A stretch of 64,000 bases of DNA from Narcine bancroftii. Its lineage: Eukaryota. The notes under the pieces were generated by a model. That model had not been told where the DNA came from. It worked only from the letters and a program-made list of their open reading frames with translations, and made no database searches. The position numbers were made by a program, and so were the translations under genes. Every line of letters starts with the position of its first letter. Positions within the stretch are counted from its first letter, which is position 1. Below, piece after piece: positions 38,235 through 52,110 of this stretch. The stretch covers positions 450,988,001-451,052,000 of the forward strand of contig NC_091469.1 in the NCBI RefSeq assembly GCF_036971445.1, in the 5' to 3' direction.

Positions 38235-39200
38235 TCAGAATTTATTGTCAAGAACAAGTCATGAAATTCAGCGTTTCGCAGCAAACGTACATATTTTAAC
38301 CAGCTTACAACATTACTATTTAAAAAAAAACTGCAGGAAATGCAAGGCTGTATCTTTGGTTCATTGATTATTCAGGAATCTGATGGTGGCGGGGAAGAAA
38401 CTGTATTTGTGCTTTTGTGTGCTCATCTTTAGGCTCCTCTACCTTTTCCCCAATGGTAACAGAGTGAAGAGGGTATGGCCTGAGTGCTGGGGTCTTTGAG
38501 GATAGAAGCTGATTTTTTAAGGCACCGCCTCAATGTCCTCGATGGAGTGAAGTCTGGTGCCTGTGATGTCACTGGTTGCGTTAACAACCCTCTGCAGTTT
38601 ATTCTTGTCCTGAGAGTTGCTGCCTCCATGCCAGGCAGTGATGGAACCAGTCTGAATGCTCTCCATGGTACACCTGTAGTTTATGAGAATCTTCAGTGAC
38701 ATACCAAACCTCCTCAGACACCTCATAAAGTATAGCTGTTGGTGACCCTTCCTTGTGATTGCATCAATGTGGAGGCTCCAGGACAGATCCATGGAGATGT
38801 TGACACCCAGGAATTTGGAGTTATTGATCCTTTCCACTACTGAGCCCTTGATAAGGACTGGGTCGTGTTCCCCTGACTTCCTCCTGAAATCCACAATCAT
38901 CTCCTTGGTTTTTCTGACATTGAGTGAAAGGTTGTTATCATTACATCATTCAATGAGCTGATCTATCTCCCTCCGGTTCGCTTCCTCATTGCCATTTTTG
39001 ATTCTTCTGACAACTGTGGGGTCATCGGCAAACTTGTAGATAGCATTGGAATTGTGCCTGGCCAAGGGTGTATAATGAATGGAGCATGGGCTAAACACGC
39101 ATCCTTGGAGGTGTTGATCATCAGTGAGGAGGAGATGTTTCCAAATCATACTGACTATGGCCTTCTGATGAGATAGTCAAGGATCCAAGTTGTTGAGGTG
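38235..39200 (-). mobile_element. Rex/Babar LINE 3' part
   Basis: IYKFADDPTVV, MIVDFRRK and KFLGVNIS.DLSWS. Confidence 0.9.
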
Positions 39201-39529
39201 GGTCAAGTCCTGATTGACTTGACCCTCTTTTGAATAATGTATGTTTACCCTCCCATTTCTCAGATCTGAGCTAGGGCTTCATCATAGAATGTTGACTGCC
39301 ATTTCTCTCCAAGGATATCGACTGGTCCACTGAGTTCCTCCAGCAGTTTTATGCTCCATATTTCATAATGATAAACTACAATTAAAACAGAATGTGCTGA
39401 GAATATTCAGTAGCAGACAGTACAGAGAGAGAGAGCAACAACCATGAATTGAATAGCAGAGTAGACTCAATGGGTTCAATCACCTAATTCTTCTCCTATA
39501 TATTATACCCTTAACAGAAGAAACATTTA

Positions 39530-40740
39530 AAATGGCAGAGAAACTCAGCTGGTCAAACAGTGTTCTTTGTATAGCAAAGGTAAAAATACATAACCGACAT
39601 TTCAGGCTTGAGCCCTTCATCAAGTTATGGAAGAATGTCAGCAGGTGTCCCTTTCTCTCAATTTCTCTGTCTCTGCCGCATCTGTCCCAAGATGAGGTCT
39701 TGCAGTCCAGATCTTCTGAAATGTCTGCCTTTTTCCACAAACATGGCTTTCCTTCCACCACCATCAACTTGGCCCTCACCCGCATCACCTCCATTTCCTG
39801 CTCATCTGCCCTGGCATCCTCTTCCCCCAGATGCAACAAACATAGAATGCCCCTCATCCTCACCTACTGCCCCACCAGCCTCTGCATCTATCACATTATC
39901 CACTGGAATTTCTGGCATTTACTGCAGGATTCTGCAACCAGACACATTTTCTCTTCTCTTCCCCTCTCTGTTTCTGTAGAGACAGCTCCCTCCAATATTC
40001 CTTTGTGGACTCCTCCCTTCCTACCTATCACCTCCCTACCTATCATCCCTCCCTACCTATCACCTGTGGCTGGAGGTGAAACACTTACCCCCACACCTCC
40101 TCGCTCACCATAGTCCGGGGCTCCAAACAGACTTTTCAAGTGAAGGCAACACTTCACTTGTACATTCACAGGAGTGATTTACTGCATTCGGTGCTCCCTT
40201 TGTGGCCTTCTCTACATCGGCAAGACCAGTCGCAAAATGGGAGTTGAGCACCTCCATTCCCTCTGCTACAATAGAGACCTCCCAGCAGCCAACCATTTCA
40301 ATTCTGAGTCACATTCCCATACTCTCATGTCTACCCATGGCTATATGTACTATTCCACTCTGGCCACCATCTGATTGGAGAAACCTTGTTTTCTGTCTGG
40401 GCACTCTCCAGCCAGATGCCATTTACACCGATCTCTTTGCTTCCTGCTAACCTCCTCATCCTTTTACCCCTCCCCTTTCCTATTTTTCCAGTTCTCCCCC
40501 CTCCACCTACCCAGCCATCCTTCCTCCCCCTGATCGCTGCTGTCACCTCCCTCCCTCTTCCACCTATCATCTCCTGCCTTTGCCCCCCACTTTCTACCCA
40601 CCATCGTTTTGTTCGGATGTCAGCCAACATTCTTCGATACCTCGATGAAGGGTTCAAGCCCAAAACGTCAGCTATGTAATTTTACCTTTGCTACATAAAG
40701 GAACTGTTTGACCAGCTGATTTTCTCCAGCAGTTTATGCT
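39530..40740 (+). mobile_element. Penelope-like element (RT thumb/linker plus GIY-YIG) with an inverted terminal repeat at its 5' end
   Basis: PFSQFL.L.RIC and IYCIRCSLCGLLYIGKT. Terminal repeat at 40640-40735 (+) with an inverted copy at 39530-39630. Confidence 0.88.
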
Positions 40741-40834
40741 CAAACATTTCAAATTAATGTCAGAATTGATGAAAGGTCATTGACTAAAACTTTAATTATG
40801 TTTCTCTCTCCACCTGTCAAATATTTCCAGCATT

Positions 40835-41060
40835 AAAACAGAAAAGTTTGCAGACACCTTGGTTGAAGAAAAATACAATACTGGATAAACTCAGCAGGTC
40901 AAAGATAGCAAAGATAAAGAGACATAACAAACGAATATCAGCCTGCCTATATTTTGCTCCTACTTGATGGAAGGCTTAAGCCTGAAACATTGGTTACGTC
41001 TCTTTGTCTTTGCTATATAAAGTACACTGTTTGACCAATAGTTTTACCAGCATTTTGGGT
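40835..41060. mobile_element. Short element made of two inverted Penelope termini
   Basis: 40880-40930 (ctggataaactcagcaggtcaaa..agcaaagataaagagacataac) is complementary to 40993-41052. Confidence 0.65.
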
Positions 41061-43099
41061 TTTTTTTCGGAAATATTTCCAGCACATTTTTTTAAATTTC
41101 AAATTTCCAACACCTGTACTTTTAGATGAGTGCTCAATTTAGTTTCTTAAGTGTGGATTTTGGAGAAATATTGTACAAAGTTACAGAAGAATTGCCACTC
41201 TCTCTTGAACAGAGGTGGAGAGGCTGAGGGAGAGAATCTGAACCTGCCAAGTGAAAGGACCTGCAAGGCCTGTGCCAATGCACCCACAAGCTGAATTGCA
41301 GAGATAAACACCTTCAAAAAAAAAACACCTGAATTGTTTGTTGTTGTGTGTATTTTGATTGTAGTAAAAGGCATATTTTTTCATACACTTTGGGTTGAAG
41401 CTCTTCATCAAGACCCTTCATCATGTAATAGGTAAGTTAGGTTTAACTTAACCACTTGAAATTTTTATTGATCTCACTAATGTAATTGGTAAGCTCATGC
41501 ACATGTACTTTTGATGTAGAATTTCAGAATATATATGGCAAAATTTCATACGATAGTGTTTCCAAAAGAGCAGGTACCTAGAATTGGAATGGATAAGCAA
41601 TGTATGAAGTTAAATGGTAGGATTGGTGTCAAGTTAATGTTCCATATTGATTGGGATCTGCTCCAAATACATCTACAGTACGTACAAAATCAAGCATTAC
41701 ATGTTAAGTAGCATAACTCACAAGAAATGTATTTTTGATTCACCTGGAAAACAAAAATAAATTGTATTTATAACAATGAATACAATGGAGCCATCTGGCT
41801 CCATTCAAGATCTGATATTGCAACTTTTTGTTCAAACAACTTTGCTCTTGACTTCGAGATGTGGAAGGTTTTGTTAATGTGTGTCACTTATGCATTTCAA
41901 AGATAGTAAATGTTAAAGGGTATAAGGATTTCAAGCACTGAAATGGGGCCATTTGAATAGATTGATTGAACATTAATGTTAAATCCTCAGGGATTAATTG
42001 GCAATACATAGTCTCTGCAAGCACAAGAGGACTTCTATTTGGAATACATAATTACATCATAATAATTCACCCTGCAATAAATGGGGTAGGAGAGATCTCA
42101 GAGGATAATTTCTTCCATTTAGATTTCTATAGTGGGTGAGAGCATTTTCAATGAAGGTAACCACTGCATTACTTAATTTGAATATGTTAAATGTTCAGAT
42201 TGTTACTGTGAAACGCCATTCTCAGCATCAGGATAAGAATGAAATTGCTGATTTGGTCTTCCTTGCTCTTCTCAAATTAAATATTTTACCCAGGTTGTAT
42301 CTATAGAGAAGAAACTGAGGAAAATATCAATTTACCCTCTAAATTCCCTTATTTATTAACAAACTCATTTAATTTTATACTTCATTAATATCCACATACT
42401 GAACGAGTGTAAAGTTAGTATTGGGAATATTCTCCACAGTTATCTGCTATCTGAATGAATATTAACCAAATTTCTAAAGTTTTCTGTTGATAAATCTAAT
42501 CTCAACTACTGAACAGTAAAAATACTGTGAACCGGCCATGAGCCTGTTGCTTCATGATAATAAGCACAGCTGAACAACTTGAAGCAACAATTTTAAGCAC
42601 GGCAAAGCAGCTCAGGGTGTTCAAGGACTTTCTGAGGCATTCAAGGGCAGCATAAGCACACATGGTTCTAATGACAGGCTCATTGATGGCTTTCACTTGT
42701 AGTGACGTAGTTCCACCCCAACTGTGAGGCATGTTGCACAGAACATCAGCCGTAGGTCATTAACGACGTGAAATTTTCCACGGCCAGTCTCTTGCCTCAG
42801 TGAGCACCATCCTAGTTTATATTCTGGTAATGCTAAAGCTCACTGAATCCAAAGAGCTGACACTCTATGCTGACAAACTAAAGTTCAGCCCAGGCACAGA
42901 ATAAAGGGAGGCTGACTGCTTGTCGACATAAACCTGACAGGCAATCTGGGATGATATGGTTCACCACAAAAATTAAATGTTATTTTCAGATGGGGGCAGA
43001 TAACATGATCCTTCCTTCCAGTTGGAAGTGGAGGGGGCTGGGTGTGATAACTCCCAAACAACATTGTAAATTTAAATTGCACTAACAGAGCAGCAGGCC

Positions 43100-43560
43100 T
43101 GTAATAAACATCAGGGTTAATATGATCAGGGTATAATTGAAATCTATGACAGTCAAGCAACAGACAATGGCCTTTCCCACTTCCCAGCTCTTGGCCATAA
43201 CCCTGTAGGCCATATAGGCATCTTTCAGATATGCTGAGGATTTTTGCTGTCACCATCCACCCAGGCAATGTGATATGTGGAGTGAAATAATGTGTTCCCA
43301 ACTCCCCCCAAATTCTTTTGCCAATTAACTCCAATCTATGCCTCTAATTTACTGGCCTCTCTATGAAGGACAATAGATTTTTCCTGCTTACCCTGTCCAA
43401 GCCTCTCATAATTTTGTACACCTCAATTGCCCAGTGTCCTTTGATTTAAATAAAATAACTCAGCTGACAAAGTCTCTCCTCACCACTAATTCCTCAGGCC
43501 TAGCACCTTCTTCATAAACCATCTTTGCAGGGCTTTGGTGTGAATAATGCCATTGGGCCT
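43100..43560 (-). mobile_element. Old CR1 3' fragment
   Basis: ELIGKRIWGELGTHYFT-like CR1 C-terminus. Confidence 0.5.
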
Positions 43561-43949
43561 TCCAAAGTATTTCAGTGTCTCCCAGTGAGTATTGTTGGGG
43601 AAGAAGAAGAAAATCGACCAGGTAAATCACAAACTATCCTCACTGTGGCCTGGAGCTGCGTGGGTACATCTCATGATCCAGCCTTAGGCTCTCTATTTGT
43701 AGGATTACCCAGCCTTTCTCATACCCAATATATCCCAAATTCCCTACTGGTCATGCCTCAGTGTGGAGGAGGCTTCCAAATTTTACAGTCACGACTTGTT
43801 GTTTGGCCAATTATAGCAAATGGGCAATAGGCTGGTGTGTGATAAGCGAGACACGAATAGTTGAAAACACCAACTTGTCACTTCAGCATGTCTGTGGGAG
43901 AAATGATAAAAAGCTTAAACAATTTCAGTGGTTACAATTAGCTACAATA

Positions 43950-46680
43950 CCTAGTGCCTTTAAAAAAGAGTGGAGTGTGGGACTCGAGACACAGACATCT
44001 TGGGACTTTTACAAGTGGTGTGGGACTCTAGAGAGTTGGGGCTGTTGGAAGCCAGCTGGAGGTGTCTTTAAAAAACAAATTAAGTGTTAAGTAGAACACT
44101 GATTGGTGGGAGGAGTAATTAAGATAAAGGGTTGGAAGGTAAAAAAGAGGGTTAGCTCAAGAGAAGTGGCCAGTGAGTGAGTGGCTCAGGATAGGAGTGG
44201 AACAGAGGATATGGCTCACAAGGCTCAGGGAAGGAGTGGGTCAGAGGATTTGGGTCATGAGGCTTCAGCGAATGGAGACTGAGGACGAGCTTGATTCCAA
44301 TAAGATCTTTGAATTTAATTAGGAATAATTAATTGAATTAGCAGCTCCATTTGAAGGCAGTCAAATGCTTGGATTGCAGGATGTGGGATCTGGGACAGCA
44401 CAATTGCAAGAGGTGCATCCAGCTGCAGCTCCTGTGAGAGTAAATTGGAAACAAATGTTCAAGGGTGAAAGCACAGATGTAATGTGGAGGAAGTTTAGGG
44501 ACCATGTGTTTGGTTCAGGATAGCTTTGTCCCACTGGGACAAGGAAAATATGCTGGGAGAATTTTGGGAATTATAGACTGATGAGTCTTCCATCAGTGGT
44601 GTTCACACTATTGGAGAGGATTCTATGAGCATTTGGAAAAGTACAGTCTTCTCAAAGATAGTCAGCATATCTTTGTGAATGGAAGGTCATGCCTCACCAG
44701 CCTAATTGAGTTTTTTGAGGAGGTAACAAAAGAAATTGATGATGGTAGGGTGGTAATTGTGGCCTTCATCGATTTTAGCAAGGCATATGACAAGGTCCCC
44801 CATGAGAGACTCATCCAAAAAGTAATGAGGCATGGGATTATTGGAACCTTGGCTGTGTGGATTTAAAAAAAATTGGCTTGCAGGAAGAAAGCAGAGAATA
44901 GTAGTAGAAGGGAAATATTCTGTCTGGAGGTTGGTGATGAATGAAGGAACCTGTTCTGGGACCCCTGCACTTGGTGACTTTTTATAAATGCCCTGGGTAA
45001 AGAGGTGGACGGATAGATCAATAAGTTTGGAGATGGCACGAAGGGTGGAGGAAAAGTAGAAAGAGCTGACGGTTATTGACAGTTATAAGAGGATATAGAT
45101 AGGATGCCGAGTTGTGCAGAAAAATAGCAGATGGATTTCAATCTGGATAAGTGTGAGGTGATGCATTTTGGAAGGACTAACCAGAAGGCTGAGTATAGGG
45201 TTAATGGTTGGTTACTTAAGTATGTGGATGAACAGAGGGACCTTCGGGCTGAAATCCATACATCCCTCAAGGTCGCTGCATAGGTTGATCGTATAGTTAA
45301 GAAGGCCTATGAGATTCTGGGCTTCATTAATAGGCGGATTAAGTTCAGGAGTAGAGCGGTTAAGTTGCAACTCTCCAAATCTCTGGTAAGACCACACTTT
45401 GAGTATTGTGTTAAGTTCTGGTCACCTCATTATAGGAAGGATATGAAAGCTATGGAGAGACTGCAGAGAAGATTTACTAGGATGTTGTCTGGATTGGAAA
45501 ACAAGTCTTGTGAGGCAAAGTTAGCAGAACTGGAACTTTTTTCTTTGGAGTGTAGAAGGATGGGATGAGATGACATTTGATAGAGATCTACTAGATAATG
45601 AGAGGCAATACCTGTTTCCCAGAGCAGGAATAGCAAACACCAGAAGACATACCATATGTTTTGGCATATAAGATGACCTTCAGATAAGATGGGTCGCCAT
45701 TTTCAGTTTGAATTTTATGGTTTTATCATATATCGGGTGTAAAGGATGACCCATCAATTTTCTACTCTTTGCCTCAGAGTGGCTGCAAGAAATGTGCTGG
45801 AAGCTGGTGTCCTCACCTCCCAACAACAACCCAAACTCCAATCACCAAGTATCAAAACTGTAATTTAAGCAAGTGATTACGATAACGGTTTAAACAAAAA
45901 CCCTTTATTTCTTGCCGGGTGAATGCCAAACAGTTCTGGTTCCAGGTTTTCAGCATTGCCTGTACCCAGAATCAGTGACTCCTTTCTCAACATTGGGTGT
46001 GGTGTCATCCACATTGAAGATGTCGCCTTACTGCCCAAGTGTGGTCAGTGCAGGAATCATGGCTAAGTGTCAGCTTGAGGGGTGGGGGCATTGTTTCCTG
46101 GCAGGACTTCGGGCTCCCAGGCAGAGGTGGGGACCTTGGGCTCCTGGGCAGGAGTAGGGACCTCAGGTTCTACAGTTGTAAAATGTCTGGATGGGTTATT
46201 ATGATGGTGGGGAGGTGTTGGGACCAGTCTTCTTTTCTTGCATGTTGTTTGGGTGCTTCATTGATCGTTTTGTATGCTGAATATATGTTGGGGTTTTTTT
46301 AGTAGCATTTAATATCTAATTTTTGTATCTGACATATAAGACAACCCCTGTTTTTTACATGTATTTTGGGTGTTTCATTGAATGTCTTATATGCCAAAAT
46401 ATATGGTATATACAAAGTAGATGGAGGGAAGTTTAGGTGAGACATCTGGGGCAATGTTTTTATGGAGAAAGTTGTGGGTGCCTGGAATGCCTTGCCAGGG
46501 TGGATGGTGGTTGAGGGTGAAACATTATGGGCATTTAAGAGACTCTTAGACAGGCTCATGGATGAAAGAAAAATAAAGGGTTACAGGGTAAGGTTGGTTT
46601 AGTACTTTTTTAAGGAATATATGGGTTGGCACAACATTGAGGGCCGAAGGGCCTGTACTGTGCTGGAGAGTTCTATATTC
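43950..46680 (+). mobile_element. CR1 LINE with 5'/ORF1 zinc-finger remnant, internal deletions, RT and tail; interrupted by a Tc2-like element
   Basis: CxxC...CIQLQLL at 44365-44435, GRSCLTSLIEFFEEVT and LVRPHFEYCVKFWSP, with a ttctat tail at 46670. Confidence 0.88.
45652..46406. mobile_element. TcMar (Tc2/pogo-like) non-autonomous DNA transposon
   Basis: TA|ccatatgttttggcatataaga ... tcttatatgccaaaatatatgg|TA. CR1 sequence resumes on both sides. Confidence 0.8.
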
Positions 46681-46685
46681 TAGAG

Positions 46686-47041
46686 CAGGGGTGGGCAACA
46701 TTTTTTAAAATGCACATTGCACCTTAAGTATTCCTTATGCCATAAGTGCTCTCTGATTAGTAATGGATTGCTTAAGATGGTATGTGAGTGGAAAGAAAAG
46801 GGTTTGAAAAACTTTTGTTTTAATTGTATCTAGTTGACTCATTATGTGCACAGTTTAATAACTCCAAAGGAAATGGAACAATGACAATTTTTCTCAAGCA
46901 AAATATTTCACTGACAATTGGGTCAAGAGCATGTGGTTCTCAACCTTTCACACATACCACCTTAAGTAATCTCTTACCAATCACAGATAAGGAATACTTA
47001 AGGTGGAATGCGAGATTTTAAAAAAAGGTTGCCCATTCATG
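46686..47041. mobile_element. hAT (Charlie-like) MITE
   Basis: TIRs CAGGGGTGGGCAAC and GTTGCCCATTCATG, 8-bp TSD ttctagag / ttctagaa. Confidence 0.85.
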
Positions 47042-47164
47042 TTCTAGAAGCTAAAACATCTTGGCAATGGCACTGAAGGCATGTGTTCTAGAACTAACTG
47101 ACACTAGCAAACTATACCAGTCCAGATACCACACTGGTGCTTTCAGTTCAATTGCAACACAGGT

Positions 47165-47310
47165 GTCTCGTACCTTGATGAAGGTCTCAAGCCCAAAACG
47201 ATGGTTATGTATCTTTATCTTTGCTACATAAAGAACACTGTTTGACCAGCTGAGTTTATCCAGAATTGTTTTTACTTCAACCACTGTGCTGTAGACTTGT
47301 GTGTTTTATT
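47165..47310 (+). mobile_element. Penelope-type terminus with hammerhead-like motif
   Basis: accTTGATGAaggtctcaagcccAAAAcgatggttatg. Confidence 0.65.
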
Positions 47311-47409
47311 TTAGATGAAGACATTGACTGTGCCATAAAGTAGAATCTACTCTCCAAAGGACCCCTCTGGTGAAGTTAAAAGTTAATGGGCATCAAATGA
47401 AAATGTTCC

Positions 47410-48810
47410 ATGGCTGGCTTCAAAATTTACAAAGCGAGTGAGATTGTTGGAGGTCAATCCTTCTAATTCCCAGCAGGAGTTCCTTGGGTTAGTGTCCTAA
47501 GCCCTAACATCTTCAGCTTCTTCCACAATTACCTTCCTTAGATCAGAAAGTCTGAAGTGTGGATGTCTTCAGATGATTGCACAATAAAGTTCCATATGCA
47601 CTCAATAAATGGCACAGCTCATACCAACCTGCAGCAAGATCCAAACAACATTCAGTCATGGACTGGACAGTGGTAAGCAACAATCAAGCCAAACAAGTGC
47701 CAGGCAGAGACCATCTCTAAATAAGAACGATTTAATAGTGAAGTTCAATTGTATGACCATTGGTAAGTCATTCATTCATGAATATCCTGTTGGTTAACAC
47801 TGACTAGAAATTAAACTGTACCAACCACATAAACACTGTGGTACAAGAATAGGCTAGATGTTGGTGCTCCTGTGGTGAATGACTCAACTCCTGGAACCCT
47901 AAAGTCCTCCCCCCCCACCCCCCCACCCCCCACCATCTGCAGTGGATAAAGCTAATGGGTGACCTGATAGAGATATACAACATTTTGAGGGAGGTAGGTG
48001 GCAAGAATAATTTTTCCCATACAGTGTGTGTATAAAACAAGAGGACCCCAAATTAAAGTGAGAAGTAGGAGGTATCGGGTGTATCTGAATGGGAGTTTTT
48101 GATGCAGAGAATGGATGGAATCTTCAAGGTAGCGTCTGAGGAGATAGTGGACACAGGTTATCTCATAATATTTAAGAAGCATCTAGACACAACCACCAAG
48201 GTAGAGGCAAGAAACCAAATTGAGTCAATGGGATTAGTATTGATAAATACAATGCTCAACATGGACGTGGTAGGTTGAGGGGCCAGTTTCAGTGCTATAT
48301 GTCAATTACAAAACAAAAGGCAAAGGTGTTATAAAATGCTATTCACTTGCCTGAATGACTGTAGGACCAATAACACACAAGAAGCTCCACACGATTTAGA
48401 ACAAATCAATCAGTTTGATTAACATTCCATCAACTACCATAAACGTCATTTCTTCTACCACCAGTACACTGTTGCTCGATGTAACATCTCCTAACACAAA
48501 CTGGTGGCTGGCTAATGTTGTCCATGTAAGAGCACCTCCCAAATTCACAATCTTCTATTCCTAAGGAAAGTGGCAGTCAAAATAGTAAATGCTATCGCCT
48601 GCAGGTTACTCATCAAGTTACTTACCATCCTCATGTGTAAATTTGTCACTGATTTCAATGCTGGGTCATAATGATGGACCTCCCTCCCAACAACACTATG
48701 AAATTATTGTCTCAAGAAGCCAGCTGAGGTTCAAGACGGCAGCTTACAACTGCCTACTCAATGGGACGGGCAACAAATTTTGGATGATTCAGTGATGTCC
48801 TTGATAAATG
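47410..48810 (+). mobile_element. Old L2/CR1-group LINE RT and 3' end, with a nested CR1 tail (about 47940-48300)
   Basis: GVP.G.VL.P-like and F(S)DDCT motifs, heavily decayed. Confidence 0.55.
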
Positions 48811-50579
48811 GATAAATAATAAATCAAGTGGCTGTAGAGAAGGTCTAAGTTGTGGATTCACAATCCTATCAGTGCCAATGAGGTAATACATTACTGAATA
48901 ATGAAATCTGGATTATTTCATCCGCTAAATTTAGCAAATACTCCATTCCAGAGAGTTATTGGACTGACAGATCCAGGTTGGCAGCTGTTGACCTTTACTG
49001 GAACAGTATTAAAGTACGGCTCTCAAAAACTGCAAAAATCATTCTTGTCAAAAAAAAGTCCTTCACAATTATGACAGTGAATGCCAGATGCTGGTAAAAT
49101 GATTTTTTGTGAAGTAAATTGCATCCAAACACTTCCACAATGACACTTGTGGAAGTTCTCCTCATGAGAAGAGGTGTAAAAATCATAACTGACTTCCTGA
49201 CCTAATTATTAGACTGGGAAAGGGTGCAATACAGCTGGCAAAGAGTGTTTTTTTAACTAGCCAGATGACTCTTACTCCAAAAGGCCATTGATACCATAAT
49301 ATCTTTCGTGGATTAATGAACCTTCTATTTTGTGACTGCCATTCCTATCAGAGATAGAAATTGATGTGCTCAATCCCTGCTCTAGCCTGGCCTCTGAAGT
49401 CTGGGAGGTTGCTAATGTCAAAGGTAAACCTGAACCATTTGTATCCATGTTTGGCTGTTGTAATGTTGGTTAAGCACTTTCATTCACTCAACAATTTGAA
49501 AAATTATCCTGATATGTCCTTTTCAAAGAAGCAGAATAATACATTGCTTTTAATCATCAGGAAATGAAGGACGGTGATATTGTTAATGCTGTCAAGTGGA
49601 ACTTGTTCTCTAAAAACCTTGATGATGCACAATTTGTATTTCATCAATATCACTCACCTCCAGACAGCATCACAGTCTTGGTCCAAACAAACCAAAGATA
49701 TGATTTTGAGAGGTGAGAATAGAGTGTCATTAGCCTTGTCATCAAGGTATCATTTGATGAATGTAACATTAAGGAGTTCTAGTGGAACTGAAATAAACAG
49801 ACATCAGGTAGAAAGCACTCCAAGGCATTCCTTGTACAAAGGAGGATGGTTGAGTCATTTGACGTTGGTCAAGCCAGGCCAAGAATATTATCATATTCAA
49901 TGCAATCAACTATCTTCAGCATTGTTCGCCAGCTTCCTTTCAATGTGAAGTAAGAAATGGGAATGCTCTTTGACTTTTGCACTACTTTTAAATTAGTAAA
50001 TGAAGTTGTCCGTGCAGAGGACAAGTGATGAGGTGAAGAGGACTGTAACCATGTGAAAATGTTAACTGCGTTTTCATATGATTATCATTAAGAAGTAGTT
50101 TAAAGAGTTAAGTTTAAATGTAACGGATCATATACGTATGTGAAGAGTAGCTATTCCGGATAGATAAGAATGGAAAGTGTAATCCCACATTGCTTGAAAA
50201 TAGTCAGGCTGTGAATGAAAATGATGAACTAGGAGGACTGAGGGATAGATTATCATGGCCACAAAACGTAAGATGTAATTAGTGACCAGTAAAAATATAT
50301 TCAGAGTTTTTGAAGGGGTTTAGCTGGATAGCACATTTCCTCTTCCTCCTCCATACTCATTCATCAGTTTCTAGATACAGTACATCTCTAAGTTTATAAT
50401 TTACAATTATCAAGCATCTAACCCCCCTTTTCTTTGACAGGCTCCATCATCATTTGCTCCAAAATCTCTCTTGGTCTCAGTCCTAACAGACATATTTTAT
50501 GTTCTCTACATCTCTTCCCCCTTTTCCATCACTTTAAAATACATTTTCTAACGTAACCTCATTCTGATGAAAGATTCAG

Positions 50580-52110
50580 AGTTCAAATTTCAGAGTTTAC
50601 ATTTATTGTCAGAGTATATTTGTATATGACATCACATAAAACCCTGAGATTGTTTCTCCTGTGGGCCAGACAAAATCTCAACTTATCAGTCCAAATTGTA
50701 CTCAAGACAAAGAGATAAATGCAAACAACTGTGCAAATACTGAAAAAAAACTATTCAGTATATATATATTCAGTGCAAACTAAGAGTCTTTAAATAAGTC
50801 TCTAATTGAGTTTGTTGTTTTGAAGTCTGATGATGGAGGGGTAGCAACTGTTCCTCAACCTGGTGGCATGAGTCTTGTGGCACATACAGGGTACCTCTTT
50901 CCTGGTGGCAACCGGGAGAACAGAGCATGTCCCTGGGTGGTGTGGACCCTTGATAATTGCTGCTGCTCTCTGATGGCAGTGTTCCATGCAGATTTTCTCG
51001 GGAAGAGATCTGCATGTAATGCACTGCGCCATGTCAACCATCAGGAGCAGGGTTCTCTGCTCAAAGGTATTGGTTTACCATTACCAGGCCATGATGCAGC
51101 TGGTCAGCACACTTTCCACTGCACATCTGCAGAAGATTGCCAAGGTTTCTGATGTCATGGCGAATCTCTGCAAATTCCTACAGATGTAGAGGCGCTGCCG
51201 TGCTTTCTTCACAATGACATTGGTATCCTCAGTCCAGGAAAAGGTCCTTCGAGATAATGATCCCAAAGAATTTATATGTGTTCACCTCTGATCCTCCAAT
51301 TATCATCAGATCAGACAACTTTGGTTTCCCCTTCCTAAAGTCTACAATCAGCTCCTTGGTTTTGATGGCATTGAGTAAAAGGTTCAGCCAAGGGTCCAAT
51401 CTCCCTCCTGTATTCTAACTTGTCACCCCTTTTTAAACATTCCTGTAATATCATCAGCGCTTTCTATATCATGTTATTCTTGTCCTAAGCCATAGTTGTA
51501 GGTGTAAATTGAGTAGAAAATGGGACTATATATGCAGCCCACAGAAATTGTGGAGATGTTCTCCCAATCCACACTAGAAGTGAGGAAATTCATGAGCCAT
51601 GGTATTGAGGCCCAGGTTTGCTGATCAATTTTGAGGGGATAATGGTGTTGAATGCAATCTGTAGTCGATAAAGAGCATCCTGATATATGTGTCTATGCTG
51701 TCTGAATTTTGTGTAGAGTTTTGTGTAGAGCCAGTGAGATGGCATCTGCTGTAGACCCATTGTTGCGGAAGGCAAACTTGAATGAATCCACAGTGGCTGT
51801 TCAGACAGGAACTGATATACTTCAACACCATCCTCTCAAAACACTTCATCACTGGGGATATGAGTGCTACTAATCATTAGTCATTTAAGTAGGTTACCAC
51901 ACTCTTTTTGGGAACCGGTACAATTGAGGTCTGCTTGAAACAGGAGGCCACCATGCCCTGTCAGAGTGAGATGTTGAAGATATCCATGAAAACATTGGCC
52001 AGTTAGTCAGCATATTGGCCAGTTTTAAATACTCAGCTGGAGCTCCATCCCATCCAGAAGCTTTTCTTGGATTCACTCTTAATTCCGCATGTTATCTTCG
52101 GAAATGCCAA
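50580..52110 (-). mobile_element. Rex/Babar LINE
   Basis: NPRKASG.DG, MKCFERMV, IRMLFIDY, VKKARQRLY and TRLRNSCYPS. Confidence 0.88.

Noticed and set aside
42502-42732. 76-aa ORF in unique sequence
   Set aside because: No recognisable homology and no convincing splice sites.
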